Shown: positions 41,778-57,667 of the stretch, in pieces
How the letters are laid out: each line of letters begins with the position of its first letter
Position numbering within the stretch: position 1 is the stretch's first letter
From: Octopus vulgaris
Taxonomy: Eukaryota
NCBI GenBank assembly: GCA_951406725.2
Contig: OX597830.1
Location: forward strand, 73,222,001-73,286,000
Direction: 5' to 3'
DNA length: 64,000 bases
Notes under the pieces: generated by a model
Database searches by the model: none
Told to the model about the DNA's origin: nothing
What the model saw: the letters and a program-made list of their open reading frames with translations, nothing else
Position numbers and translations under genes: made by a program

Positions 41778-42154
41778 CTCACTCTCACTTTCTCTCACTC
41801 TCTCTCTTTCTCTCACTCTCTCTCTTTCTCTCACTCTCTCTTACTCTCTGTTTCAGTATCTCTTTTTCACTCTGACTCACTCTCTCTCTCTCTATATCTC
41901 TCGCTCACTCTCTCTCACTTTCTTTCTCACAGTCACTCAGTATCTCTCTCTCATTCTCTCATTCTCTCTCGCTCTCTCTCTCTCGTTATTTATCTCATTT
42001 ACATTCTGTCCCTCTGTCGTTCTTTCTCTTTCTCTTTATTCCAATTCCTTTCCCTTCAATCTCACTCTCTCCATCTCTCTTTCCCTCTCGTTCTCTCTCT
42101 CTCTCTACATCTGTCTATCTCTTCTTCATCACTGTTTACTTTATCCTCTATCTT

Positions 42155-42344
42155 TTATTTTTTAATAGTCTTACTCATTCGACTGCGGCCACGCTGGGGC
42201 ATTGCCTTGTCAAATGAATCGACTCCAGTATTGATGCATTTTCTTTTAAGACTCGTACTTACGTTATCGGTTTCTGATGCCGAACCGCTGAGTAGTGTGG
42301 ACATAAACACATCAACACCGGTTGTCAAACCTTGGTGGGGGACA

Positions 42345-42345
<1 letters not shown>
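42155..42345 (-). mobile_element. Old SINE A 3' half
   Basis: gactgcggccacgctgggg..gccgaaccgctgag..taaacacatcaacaccggttgtcaa. Confidence 0.75.
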
Positions 42346-42382
<37 letters not shown>

Positions 42383-42396
42383 CACACACACACACA

Positions 42397-42475
<79 letters not shown>

Positions 42476-42496
42476 GTACATGTAAATGTAAAGGTA

Positions 42497-42778
42497 CTGA
42501 GTTCGATTCCCGGACCGGGCTGTGTTGTTATTTTCTTGAACAAGACACTTTATTTCACGTTGCTCAAGTTCCCTGTAGAAATCAGTCGCGATGTCATTGG
42601 TGCGAAGTTGTATCGGCTTTTGACGTTCCATTGGATAACATCGGTGGAGTGGAGAGGAGAGGTTGGTATGCGCAGGCGACTATCAGTCTTCCATAAGACA
42701 ACACTGCCCAAGTTTGGACCTCGGCGGGGACCCTTCTACGTACAATCCCATTGTCATTTATTAATGAAGGGTGTCTTT
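42497..42778 (+). mobile_element. SINE family D, diverged and 5'-truncated
   Basis: gagttcgattcccggaccgggctg..cttgaacaagacactttatttcacgttgctc..ggataacatcggtgg. Confidence 0.82.
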
Positions 42779-42814
42779 ATTCTATGTATATATATATATA
42801 TTGTTTGTTTGTTC

Positions 42815-43087
42815 CTTCTCGAGCCACACCTGGCTCAGAGGGCCGGTTTCCCGGTTTCCCGGTTTCCTTGGCGTATAGGTTCCCCACCTGGACGGGACGC
42901 AGGAGGAAAGAGTGAGAAAAAGTTGTGGTGAAAGTGTCAGCAGAAGCTCGCCATTACCTTCTGCCGGAGCCGCGTGGAGCTTAGGTGTTTCGCTAATAAA
43001 CACACGCATCGCGCGGACTGAGATTCGAACCCACGACCCCTCGACCCCAAAGCCCGCTGCTCTAACCACTAGGCCGTGTGCCTTCAC
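42815..43087 (-). mobile_element. Chimeric SINE: family B head/body + family E tail
   Basis: 42901-43087 aligns to B (agtgagaaaaagttgtggtgaaag..gccggagc..ttaggtgtttcgctaataaacac); 42820-42900 aligns to E (ggctca..ccggttt..ctggacgggacgc). Confidence 0.8.
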
Positions 43088-43382
43088 ACACACACAAACA
43101 CACAAACACAAACACACACACACACACACATGTATATATATGCCTCGATATGCGTATACATCAGAGGACGCATGGCTTACTGGTTAGGGTGGCGCGTTGT
43201 GCTCTTCAGCAAGACACTTCATCTAATGTTGCACCGCGGCCACTTCGACACGTGACGCGTAGTGCACCGTGCACCTGTTCATATGTATGTCTATATGTAT
43301 GTGTGCACGCATGTATCTACGCATGCATTCCTGTGTCAATTAGCCGAAGGTTATTGATATGGGAAAAGACAGTGTTATAGTA

Positions 43383-43426
<44 letters not shown>

Positions 43427-43461
43427 CACATATATATATATATAATATATATATATATAAT

Positions 43462-43539
<78 letters not shown>

Positions 43540-43569
43540 ATATATATATATTATATATATATTTATGTG

Positions 43570-43605
<36 letters not shown>

Positions 43606-43926
43606 TACGACAGTGAGAATACCGAATTGTGCACTTAGAAATGCAAGTGTGTTCGTCTGTGTGTTTGTGAGCCTGTCTGTTAGTCTGGCCAGGCGACATA
43701 TATGTTCTTTGTATCTATACACATGTATAGACTGACATGTAGATCGATAATGCTCTGCATAGCAATATTTAATATCCAATAAAATATACATATTCGATTG
43801 TTTTGAGAAAACACCGATATGGAAACAAGAGTAAAGATTATAGCTTTCTGATGAACCATAACCTCTCTCTCTCTCACCGTCCCTCTCTCACTTTCCACTC
43901 TTCCTTTCCTCTCTCTCTTTATATAT

Positions 43927-43963
<37 letters not shown>

Positions 43964-44118
43964 TACATACGTATAAATATTGATAGTTAGTTACAAAGAG
44001 AAGTATACACACGTATATATATATATGTATATAGATATATATATACACATACATATATATATACATATATATACATACACACACGCGTGTATATATATAT
44101 ATATGTATATCTATCTAA

Positions 44119-44172
<54 letters not shown>

Positions 44173-44282
44173 TGATAGATATTGATAGATAGGTACATAG
44201 AAAAGTATACACACGTACATATTCATGCATATATATATATATATATACATATACACATACGTATATATATACATACACACAC

Positions 44283-44343
<61 letters not shown>

Positions 44344-44847
44344 TAAAGGCACGCTTAAGTACCCATACATATACATGTGTCCGAGGTTGTGAATGTTTGT
44401 ATCTATGTAACTATCTATATATGCATCTATCCAGGTATATGCTTATTTGTGTATGTATATGGAAATACGTATATATTTATCTCTTCATCTATCTAGAATC
44501 TATATAAATAAATATACGTATATACATATGCATGCATGGATGTATGTGGATATTTATGTATATGCCGATAACTGGGTGAGTTTCTTTGTGTCGTGCGCTT
44601 CATTGTGTGTGCTTTAATGCATGGGTATGTGTTGTGTTTCGTTGTGTGTGAATTCCAATATATATCCTTACATAAGTCTATATGTGTGTTTCGGTATAGA
44701 TTTATGCAAATGCATGCATTAATATTTATCTAAGCCTATCTATCTGTCTATCTCTATCCGTGTGTGCGTGAGTGTGTACGTACATATACGTATATACTAT
44801 ATATATATGCATATTCACATACACATGCCTCTATGTATGTATGTATG

Positions 44848-44946
<99 letters not shown>

Positions 44947-45620
44947 TGTTGGAAATACACACATATTTGTATACATATACGTGTGCTTTCCAGAGAATTT
45001 CTTTATTCGGTTTTTCTTTTCTTTTGTGTGTGTTTGTAACAAAGTAGCTTTCATGATACGCGCTAACAAAACAGATTCGCGTGAAATATTTTTGCGATTG
45101 GAAAAATATATATATATATCGGCTTTTTTTTTTTTCGATAAAATAATTGAAAACTTATTTTCTGATAAAAAAATGTCTGTTGATTTGGTCTGAAGAATAA
45201 TCATTTATTTGCTTGAAAGATTGAGAAAGAATAACGAGTAATTTTGAATGAAAATGTTATTTTGACTGAAAGACAAAAATATAAAAAAGTATTTCGGTTT
45301 TGAATTACAGAAAACATTTCTTGAATGAAGAAAAAATCAAATGTTTCTTTCCTTTTGTGGTTTACGTACCTAATAAAACGGGTTGTTGCAAAAGATTTTG
45401 GTGGAAAATATTTTTCTACAAAGGAAGAAAGTATTTGATGGAAGAATAATGTTTCTGATTAAACGGTTTTCCCTTTGGGTTTCATAGAATCCTTCATGTG
45501 ATAGATGGAAATTTTATTTCAAGAAGGATACGTGTGTGTGTGTCTGTCTGTATGTATTTTGTGTGATTCTGTTTGTGTGTGTATTTATGCACACACACAC
45601 ACCAACCCCACCAGACATAT

Positions 45621-45679
<59 letters not shown>

Positions 45680-45739
45680 AATATAATATACTGTAATTAC
45701 ATTTATGTACACATATATGCATACAAACATGTATATATA

Positions 45740-45786
<47 letters not shown>

Positions 45787-46221
45787 GTGTATAAGTATAC
45801 AGAGGGAGATACGAATATACGCGCGCATAAATATATACATACGCATATATATGCATGTGCATTTATATACATACACACAGTCATATATGTGTGCGTGTCT
45901 ATCACTCTCGTCATGGCGGGAAATTTCTTTTTAACTTTTCAGTTTATACCTGTATGTGTCAGGGTGTTGTCTGTTTGTGTGTGTGCTTGTGAATTTGTGT
46001 GTGTGTGCGCGCATGTGTGAGTATTATTAAGAGGAAATTACATTCTATTAAGTTTACATATTCATTTCAAAGAAAAATTGTTTGATAGGAAAGAAAATAA
46101 TTCTTTAAAAAAATTATGATATAATAAATAGAAAACATTTTGCGTTGAAGAAATATATTTCTTTGAATAAAAAACATTATTCTTCATCAACAGAAATTAT
46201 AATTTGAGAAAAAGAAATAGA

Positions 46222-46575
46222 GATGGCTCAGTGGTATGGCGGTTGCTTCGCGTCCACATGTTTCTGAGTTCGGTCCCACTTCATGGCACCTTATGCAGGT
46301 GCGTTCTTCTATAGCCGCGGGCCTACCAAATCCTTCTGAGTGGATTCAGTAGACAGAAACTGAAAGACGCCCGTCGTATAAATGTGTATGTATCCATCAA
46401 CTTCCATCAACTAGTGTCGGCTTGTTTACATCACCGCAACTAAGCGGTTCGGCTGAAAGAGAAGATAGAATAAGTACCAAACGTTACAAAACAATTGTAC
46501 TGGGCTCTCATTTTTCGAGTAAAACCCTTCAAGGTGGTGCTCCAGAATGGCGGCAGTCGAACGTCTGAAATAAAT
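46222..46575 (+). mobile_element. Old SINE family A copy
   Basis: gagttcggtcccact..gaaactgaaagacgcccgtcgtata..cttaagcggttcggc..ggtgctccagaatggcggcagtc. Confidence 0.82.
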
Positions 46576-46974
46576 GAAGTTCAGTAAATATATTTTGAAT
46601 AATGGTTGATTGAAAAAGATTACAATTTGATTGAAGGAAATAATATTTAAATTGGAAAAAAAAAAAGATTTTTAATGGAGTGACAGGCTTATATTGAATA
46701 TGAAAAATTCATATCTGAATATTTTATTGGATAAATTTGATTTGGTGAATAAAATTATATTTACCAGCCTCTGTTAGACAGGCGTTCAAGAAATTAAAAT
46801 CGTATTTTCTGATTGAATGAAAATATTAAAAAGATATATTTTTTTTATGTCTGTACGTATGTTCGTATGCAGGACAGGAAATATATTATATGTATAAATT
46901 TTTTTGGATGTATCGAATATGTGTTTGTATCTATGCGCGTGCGCTTGTATTTGTTGTTGTGTATGTTAGTGAAT

Positions 46975-47975
<1,001 letters not shown>

Positions 47976-47986
47976 TAATTGATATA

Positions 47987-48314
47987 AGGCACGTGAGATC
48001 AAGGCTAGGTTATTCAGCCCAGGATCGTAACGTTGCGAGTTCGATTGCAGGCGGTGCTTGTCTGCCTGAGCAAGACAGCCTATTTTCCCATTGCTCCATT
48101 CCAGCAAGCAGGCAAAAATGAATTGTACCCGTATTGTAAAGGGCCCAGCTTGTCACACCCTGTGTGTCAGACTGAGCCTCCCTGAGAGGGTTCTATGTTA
48201 GGGGTTTCTGTGTATTCGGAGTGCTCAGCCACTTGCGCGTTAATCTTACGAGCAGACATTTTTCGATTGATCGTAACAACTGGAGTAATCGTTGTCGTAA
48301 CCGACGTAGAACCA
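47987..48314 (+). mobile_element. Old SINE: CORE-like (D/E-type) 5' part + family B 3' part
   Basis: gagttcgattgc..ctgagcaagaca..ttgctcca, then aaagggcc..cttgtcac..ggagtgctcagccacttgcgcgttaat..gtcgtaaccgacg. Confidence 0.75.
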
Positions 48315-48631
48315 CAATATATATATATATGATATATGATATAATATGGTATGGTATCATCTGTGTGTTATTGTACATTGGTGTTTATTCATATGTTTTA
48401 AGAGCGAGCGTGTCTCTCGGTGTGCGATTGTATAAAGACGAAGTTGCCTGTAAAACAACACACCAGAATCTGCCACTTGCAATGAGATGTTGCGTTATTT
48501 ATTGGAATCTTGCTGAGATATGGAAAGGGAAAAAAAACTCACAAATTAAAAACAAAGAACGCATAGCGATATATACTCACATACAATCATGTACATTTGT
48601 AACTATCTATCTATCTATCTATCTCTTTCTT

Positions 48632-48686
<55 letters not shown>

Positions 48687-48877
48687 ATATATATATATAC
48701 ATGTATGTATATCTTATGTCTGTATGACAAAAAGATATGTATACTGGGACAGCTAGCCAGAATAATAAATTAGGATACTAAACACACATAGTATAATATT
48801 TATACAGTATGAAAGACAAACATGATTCTACGCATACACAATTACAAACACGCACACATATAAGCATGCATGTATGT

Positions 48878-48931
<54 letters not shown>

Positions 48932-50574
48932 TAGCAGGTACATATATTCATTTTTTATGATGTATATTTATTTATATATATATATATTGATTTATTTGTG
49001 TGTATATATTTAAAAGCATATATATATCTTAATTTTTTTTTATACATAACGTGTGGTAGCTTATGTTTACTTCATCTGTGTGCGTGTGTATTTGAAGGGC
49101 AGTGCATATTTGTGTGTATGTTTTTGCTTGTAAGTATATGTATGTAGTAAAATCGATAAAAATTGGGAAGTGGTAAGTGCAATGTCCAACGTTTCGTACA
49201 ATGTTCTTCTTCGTAGAGAGTTTGAATGGAGAGTATCACCGTGTTTTGTCGTTATGTATGCACAATAGGGCAGATTTGTACAGTTATTAAGCCCTGGGTA
49301 AGACTGTAGTCTATTGTCTAACAATGTAACACACTTTCTTTGATACTCCATCTTTGTCTTTGTGTGTGTTTACGTGTACACACACAGAGTACGTAATTTA
49401 CTGGGTCACCACGCCTTCTGGCACCAGAGCACATTGAGAAGTTATCTGTCTCTATGACCATCGTTGCTGTAGTTGGAGCTGCGACTGGTGAAGGCATTAG
49501 AACAGCAGTTACTTCATTAACACTGATAGTTTTTCACTTGTGATCTTGACACTGCAGTCGCTGTCGCTTCCGATCTTTATAACTCTCTTCTTTTTTCTAC
49601 TGTTTTACCCCTTAAGTGCAGAAGATATTCCATTGACCTTTACTACCACACGTATAGCAATGAAGCTTTATAGTCTGCACCGATTGTCTGACCGACTTTA
49701 ACTTCATTTACATCCGGCTGTCATTTTTTTTCTTCTTTTTTTGCTATTGGTTAAAGATAACGAGAAGCAAAGTCTCAACATTGGTATTACAATGTCTTGT
49801 CATGAACTTCAACTTTTCTCAGTAATGCAGAGCCAGACTTTTGTCAGGCCTGAGATGCAACATCTTCAAACAGTCCCTTTACCTTATTGTCGATGGTAAA
49901 GACTAGACTTATATTTCTTTATACCTTCTGGTGGCCGAGGGTCACTCAAAATTCTATGTTGATTGATAGCGTACCAAAATTCGCAGTTATTTACGTCAGG
50001 GATTTAAGTCACGGTGAATTCTAGGATTAAGCAGAAGCTCTCATTTTTTGTCATATTTTGTTTCCTAATTTTTCTGAAGCTTATATGTATGAAGGAATCC
50101 ATAAAGACCCAAAACACAAGCCCAAAACAAAAAAGTATGTGATGCGTTAATGTTTTCGCTATTTATCCTTGTTTTCGCTATTTCATTCTTTTAAGGTCGA
50201 AAAATTAAGTACCAGTTGCGTACTGGGGTCGATATAATCGACTGGCCCCCTCTCTAAAAATTTCGGGCCTTGTGTCTAGAGTAGAAAAGTATAATAATAA
50301 TGATTACAATAACATAATAACATACAGACAACTGCTTGGCCAAATGTTTCTGCTTCCGAATATATAAATAACAACACCTATAAAAGGCATGTCATATAAC
50401 CAAAGCACACACAGCTACGCTCGATTGTGCAGTGCAAGCACACAATCAAAGTAAGACTAGTCAATAATAATAACAATTTTATGGGTGGTGGTAAATCGAT
50501 TATATTGACCCCAGTGTTCAGCGGTACTTATTTCATCGATCCCGAAAGAATGTGAGGACGGAAACAGCCGGAAA

Positions 50575-50822
<248 letters not shown>

Positions 50823-50945
50823 AGGAATAAGTTCTTTAAATGACGATCGGGAAAACAAATTGTTTGCATTCATTGAATCCTCCTGATTAACCTCTTCACA
50901 CCAAATAATTTTGATATTTACAAAGTCGAATGTCAATGTAATTCG

Positions 50946-50969
50946 TGACCTCTCTGGGTCAAAAGGTCA
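50946..50969 (+). promoter_or_regulatory. Candidate nuclear-receptor response element (ER4 + DR2)
   Basis: TGACCT-ctct-GGGTCA-aa-AGGTCA; motif match only, function untested. Confidence 0.4.
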
Positions 50970-51066
50970 TATCAACAAAAAAAAGCAAAAAAAAAAACGT
51001 AACATTTCTATAAATATATTTATATATTCTGGTTGCATGTTAACTTGATAGTACTTTTTTTTTTTG

Positions 51067-51110
<44 letters not shown>

Positions 51111-51434
51111 CAACATTTCGTTTGCGTTATCGTGAGGGTGAGTGGAAAGGAGAGAGGAGAAGAATTCTCTTCTTTGTATTCAAAGGTCTTTGTTTGCTGC
51201 CCCACCCACATATTCTTGTATTCATGTTAATGTCAATGGTCACAAATAAATCATCGATAATAGTCCACCAGTCATCGATTATCAATTATCAAATCGATTA
51301 TTAATAACTACTGAAAATACAGGAAAAGATTGTTTGCTTGTGTTTATTTAATTAATGGTACGTTTATCCTCCTGTTTATATAATCATATGTTCATATATA
51401 TGTATATATATATTAATAGTCATATGATCATATA

Positions 51435-51541
<107 letters not shown>

Positions 51542-52082
51542 TTATATATGTGTATGTGTATATGTATGTATGTATGTGTATATGTGTATATGTATATGTG
51601 TATATGTTTGGACTTGTAGGGTTTTTTATATATGTAGATAGATATGTGTGCGTGTATGTGCGTAGATATGCGTATGTGTATTAGTATGTGCATGTGTTTA
51701 TATATATGTATGTATATATATATAGATATATATGGATGTATGTGTATGTAGGTATGTATATGATTGGTGTAAGTATATAAGTGTATGTATATGTAGGTAT
51801 ATACGTGTGTGTATATGTATACATATATATGTATGTTGATATAAGTTTATGTATATTATGCATATATATTTATATGTAACTACATATATATGTACACACA
51901 GATACATATATATGCATACATATATGTATGCGTGTGTGTCATGCGTCTGTGTGTGCATATATGTATGTATGTATGTATATATTTTTACGTGTGTATGAGT
52001 GTAGTTCGTTAAGGTTAATTATGCAAATTGCCATCAACATCTACGGTTTTAACCACCATCATCACTACTGCTGCAGATGCTG

Positions 52083-52146
<64 letters not shown>

Positions 52147-52823
52147 CGAAGAGTAAGCAAGCAAGAGCTACCACAGTGTAGTGTTAATGTCACTGTTTCA
52201 GCGTATTAGATAGATGGAGTATTTGTTTCACTGTCTAACATCCTGGGTTCAAATCCTACCGATATCAATTGCGCTTTTCATATTTCCCAATTCTTGAACT
52301 TGCGTCTGTGTTAGACATTATAACTTGGCATCTTGTATTTGTTAGGTTTGCCACCTATGAATCCTATATTTTAATTAAAGCAAACCGCAAATACACACAC
52401 ACGCATACACATTTATGTATCTGCTCTTTTTATTTTTAATTATTTGAAGTCTTTCCTCCAAGGACGGAGCTGGTTTCTAACAAAGATAGAAAGCTCAGTC
52501 ATTGCAATGTGGATAACAAATGCAAATACAAATTCACATTTAAACTTAAGTAATGTTCGTATCAGCGAGTTGATTCCTTTTTCTGCAAACCCTACGTCAT
52601 CCAGATTGCCAGTTAGGCATTTACATAACACATCCAAGTGTGTGCAAATTATTAATTGTATAAATGTGAATTTATAATCTTGATACAGAAACTAGGATCT
52701 TCGAAGCAGCTGCCTGTAGTTATCCCGTTGTTGATATTTCGGGACAGATGTTAATTACGTGTGCAATGTCTTCCTCAGAAATATATGCAAATAGGCATAC
52801 CTACATGCATATATAAATACACG

Positions 52824-52860
<37 letters not shown>

Positions 52861-52861
<1 letters not shown>

Positions 52862-53242
52862 CATCATCATCATCATCATCGTTTAGCGTCCGCTTTCCAT
52901 GCTAGCATGGGTTGGACGGTTCAACTGGGGTCTGGGAAACCAGAAGGCTGCACCAGGCCCAGTTTGATCTGGCAGTGTTTCTACAGCTGGATGCCCTTCC
53001 TAACGCCAACCACTCCGTGAGTGTAGTGGGTGCTTTTTACGTTCCACCGGCACAGGTGCCAGACGAGTCTGGCAAACGGCCTCGATCGGATGGTGCTTTT
53101 TATGTGCCACCGGCACGGGGGCCAGGCGAGGCTGGCAAATGGCCACGATCGGATGGTGCTTTTTATGTGCCACCGGCATGGGGGCCAGGCGAGGCTGGCA
53201 ACGGCCACGAACGGATGGTGCTTTTTACGTGCCACCGGCACG
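52861..53242 (-). mobile_element. SINE family F with an internal 63-bp unit repeated ~3.4 times
   Basis: Units start ggtgcttttta at 53029, 53092, 53155 and 53217. Confidence 0.92.
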
Positions 53243-53285
<43 letters not shown>

Positions 53286-53765
53286 CACACATAATATATA
53301 TGTATATATATTTATATACATATATATGTATATATATTTATATACATATATATGTACACACAGATACACATATATGCATACATATATGTATGTGTGTATG
53401 CATGCATCTGTGTGTACATATACGTATGTATGTATGTATGTATGTATCTATGTGTTTGTGTTTGCATGTATTCACATATTTTACCTCTGTGTAAGACCAG
53501 AAATTTGTCCAAACTCATGGAGGATAACTTTGAAAACAAGGCACTATCCTTCAGTCGGGAACAAAATAAAGGTACGGTTATTGGCCCTTTGAAGGGCCTC
53601 CAGGATTGGTAGTTAAAAGGAGATAACCTGAAATGAGAGAGCAATCCCGAATACTTATGAAAATTTGGTCTCTTTACAGGCAACCATGATATCAAGCAAT
53701 AATGTTTAACGCATGCTTGCGTGGGTACGTGTGTATATTTACGTGTTTGTGCGTGTTTGTTTATA

Positions 53766-54068
53766 TTCTTTTATTTGTTTGACATTTAACTGCAGCCATG
53801 CTGGAGTACCGCCTTCAGTCGAACAAAGAAACCCCTGGACTTACTCTGTGTAAGTCAAGTACTTATTCCATCGTTCTTTTTTGCTGACCCTCTAAGTTAC
53901 GGAGATAGAAACATACCAATATTAAGCAACGGTTGGGGGACAAACGCGGACACACATGCACACACACATGTATACGACGGGCTTCTTTTATTTTCCATCT
54001 ACCAAATCCACTGACAAGGCTTTGTTCAGCCCGAGGCTATAGTAGAAGACACTTGGCCAAAGTGCCAC
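53766..54068 (-). mobile_element. SINE family A, diverged and 5'-truncated
   Basis: ctgcagccatgctggagtaccgcc..accaaatccactgacaaggctttg..agaagacactt. Confidence 0.85.
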
Positions 54069-54387
54069 ACACAGACACACACACACACACATGCACATGT
54101 ATATATATATATATATGTGTGCGTGTGTGTGTGTGTTTGTGTGTTTGTATGTGTGTACGTGTGTGTGTGCATTTTAAATGTGTATATATATATATATATA
54201 TATATGAACATAAATATACTTACAGATATAGACATATGCGTATAAATACACACACACACACACACACATTGCAAGGATGATCCGGTTCTTGACTGAAGAT
54301 TGAAGGCTTCGAATGTCCCGTCCGTGATATTTGTATCGCCTTCTAAATGTCTTGCGTTCTTGTCCCAGCTTGATTTTTTTAATGCAC

Positions 54388-54446
<59 letters not shown>

Positions 54447-54545
54447 TTATACATCGAAATAAACAAATATGCACCTAAAGTGAAGGCGTATAATTAACAA
54501 GGACACACACACACACATACACACACACACACAGACACACACACA

Positions 54546-54588
<43 letters not shown>

Positions 54589-54834
54589 ACACACACCACA
54601 CACCACACACACCACACACAAACACCCATAAACACTTCATGTACCAAAAGCCCACGTAGCGAGAGTAAACAATGTGTTTTAGATAAACGGACTGTATCGT
54701 ACAATAAACATACATCCACCATTACATAACACAAATAAGGATCTTGTTATGAAGCCATTACTGAATTACAAACATCGACATGTGTTTAATACGCGTACAT
54801 CGACATACAGATTTAACCAAAGACTTGCGCACGT

Positions 54835-55236
54835 ATACATACATACATACATACATACATACATACATACATACATACATACATACATGCATACATACAT
54901 ACATACATACATACATACATACATACATACATACATACATACATACGTACATACATACATACATACATGCATGCATACATACATACATACACACGTACTT
55001 ACGCACATACATACATACATACATACATACATGCATACATACATACATACATACATACATACATACATACACATACATACATACATACATACACACACAT
55101 ACATACATACATACATACACACACACATACATACATACATACATACATACATACATACATACATACATACATACATACATACATACATACATACATACAT
55201 ACATACATACATACACACGTACTTACGCACATACAT
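54835..55236. repeat. (CATA)n array
   Basis: Directly visible, about 400 bp. Confidence 0.97.
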
Positions 55237-55508
55237 TTGTGTAGACTGAAAATTTTATACACTCCTTTTCATTGAATTTTGTTTGTATTAGTCACTGGAA
55301 TGCAGCCAAGTTGAGGCATTGCTTTGAAGATTTTTAGTAAAAAGGAAAGAAAGAAACGGTGGAAAAAAAAATCCAACCGAGTTCTTTATATTTTTTTAAA
55401 GCCTGGTTCTTATTCTATCGAACTTTTAACGATCTGTTGAAAGGGGAACAAGCCAGCGCAAGTCGCTAAGTCGATAGGAGACAAACGCAAAAACCAGCAA
55501 ACACTCTC

Positions 55509-55569
<61 letters not shown>

Positions 55570-55727
55570 TGCATACATATATACATACATAGATACACAG
55601 ACACATATACATATCCACAAAGTTACACTCGACCGCCCCCACACCACACACGCGCACAATAGGTTCTGGCATAGGTTCCGTCAACCATTAATAAGGTAAT
55701 GGTCAATCTGACCTAATGGTCACTATG

Positions 55728-56060
55728 TGAAGGCGCATGGCTCAGTAGTTAGAACGTCGAGTTTACGATCGTGCGGCTGTGAGTTCGAATCCCGGACCAG
55801 ACTGCGTGTTGTGTTCTTGAGCAAGACTATTTATTTCACGTTGCTCCAGTTCACTCAGCAGTAGAAAGGGGTTGCGACATCACAGGTGCCAAGCTGTATC
55901 GGCCTTTGCTTTTCCCTTCGATAACATCGGTGTGGAGAGGGGAGGCCGGTATGCATGGGTGACTGCTAGTCTTCCATAAACAACTTTGCCCGGACTTGTG
56001 CCCGGTAAGGTAACTTTCCTGGTGCAATCCTATGGTCATTCATGACCGAAGGGGGTCTCA
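55728..56060 (+). mobile_element. SINE family D, full length
   Basis: Matches the 19553 copy; TSD ggtcactatg / ggtcactctg (55718-27 / 56061-70). Confidence 0.92.
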
Positions 56061-56395
56061 GGTCACTCTGAAGATTGAGTTAATGCTTTTTGCCAGTGTC
56101 CCGTAACCCAGTAGTCTTTAAAGGGAGTAATAAAATCGCTACACGCCCTTCAATGTAGTCTCCTACAGCAACCACAATCTAATGCTTAAAAGAGCATATA
56201 TGTAGCACTGGGATATGTAACACACTGCCTAAGTAACAACCTTGAAGTATTAGGTTTCTGAAAACCAGAAAGAAGAAAGCTGATTCGTCGACTACTCATC
56301 CAAGCCATCACTGGAATTGTAAAAATTTGAAAACTTTCCCGAAGTTTATCATTTCATGTATATGCGCATGTCTAGACAGGCAACTATGTGCCTGA

Positions 56396-56463
<68 letters not shown>

Positions 56464-57667
56464 TAAAAATCCTACATATCTGCACATGCACACATATACA
56501 CACATACATGCAATAAGACGATGTTGTTGAAGTTCCAATGCAGGACTCTTGGATCTTGGATAGAAAACGTTCTCTTTCTCTATTGGCAAGAAACCTTGGA
56601 ATAAACCTGAATAATGACCTACATACATACATACATAAATACATACATACGAACCACATGGATAGATTATGTAGGCTTTAGAGGTAGCCAACGTCCCATA
56701 GCCACTAATGAGAGTTATTGAACGCCTGAGCAAGACTTGGTACACCACTTTGTTCCTATGGTGTAATAAATAGCAAATTGAGTCTGATAGCATTCACTAC
56801 CGAAAAGGCATCTTTTACGATGATAGCCAGTCACTGTTGCTATTTGTCCTCTCATTACACACACTATCATACCTCCTCACAAAACATGGCGGCTACAAAA
56901 ATGGATCTAGAACTATTTCGAAAATTTCGTTTGTCGACAACATGAAATATTAATCACAGAAAAAAAACGAAATATCAATCACAGAACACCCCCCCCCCCC
57001 AAAAAAAAACCCAATTGGTCCTCATTACTCAATTTTCTGCAGACATTGCAATGAAATTTCATGAGTCCACGTGTAATTTTGACAATAGAACGTAGAAAAG
57101 TTGTGTACTTGACTATTGTTGTGAACGGCTTCACTATATACTCTCAAAAGTTAGATGACAATTATAGTTATCTTGTACAAGATGAAAATCAAGGAATGAT
57201 TCTTAGTCAAACATGCATCTCAGTACATGATGCTTATTTAAGATGTCAGCCTCAGAAGACTATATGACTAATATTAACCTCAGCCGAGATATAAACCAAG
57301 AAGACATACTAAACACTGGCAAAAGACGGATTTTGTTATTCAAAACAGATTGATGAATAATCATTAATAGCAAAAATAATAAAGTGAATAGCTAGAAGAT
57401 TTACATAAGATGTCCAATGGTAGATAGACCTCTGACAAACGAGTGTATTGTATGATGAAATGAGGGTATACGAAATTAAGAAATGTGTAAACAAACAAGA
57501 TTCAGAGTGAGGCTGCCGAATATATATATATATATATATATATACATAACACAAACATACAAATATACTTAAGCCTATGTTTATATAATTGAGCCTATAC
57601 TTTCATGTGTCTGTGTATGTATGCTTCTGTATGTGTGTGTGTATACACACACACATGCACACACATA

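Noticed and set aside
49380-50050. Possible very old LINE reverse transcriptase relic on the minus strand
   Set aside because: Only vague motif echoes; cannot be supported without a profile search.
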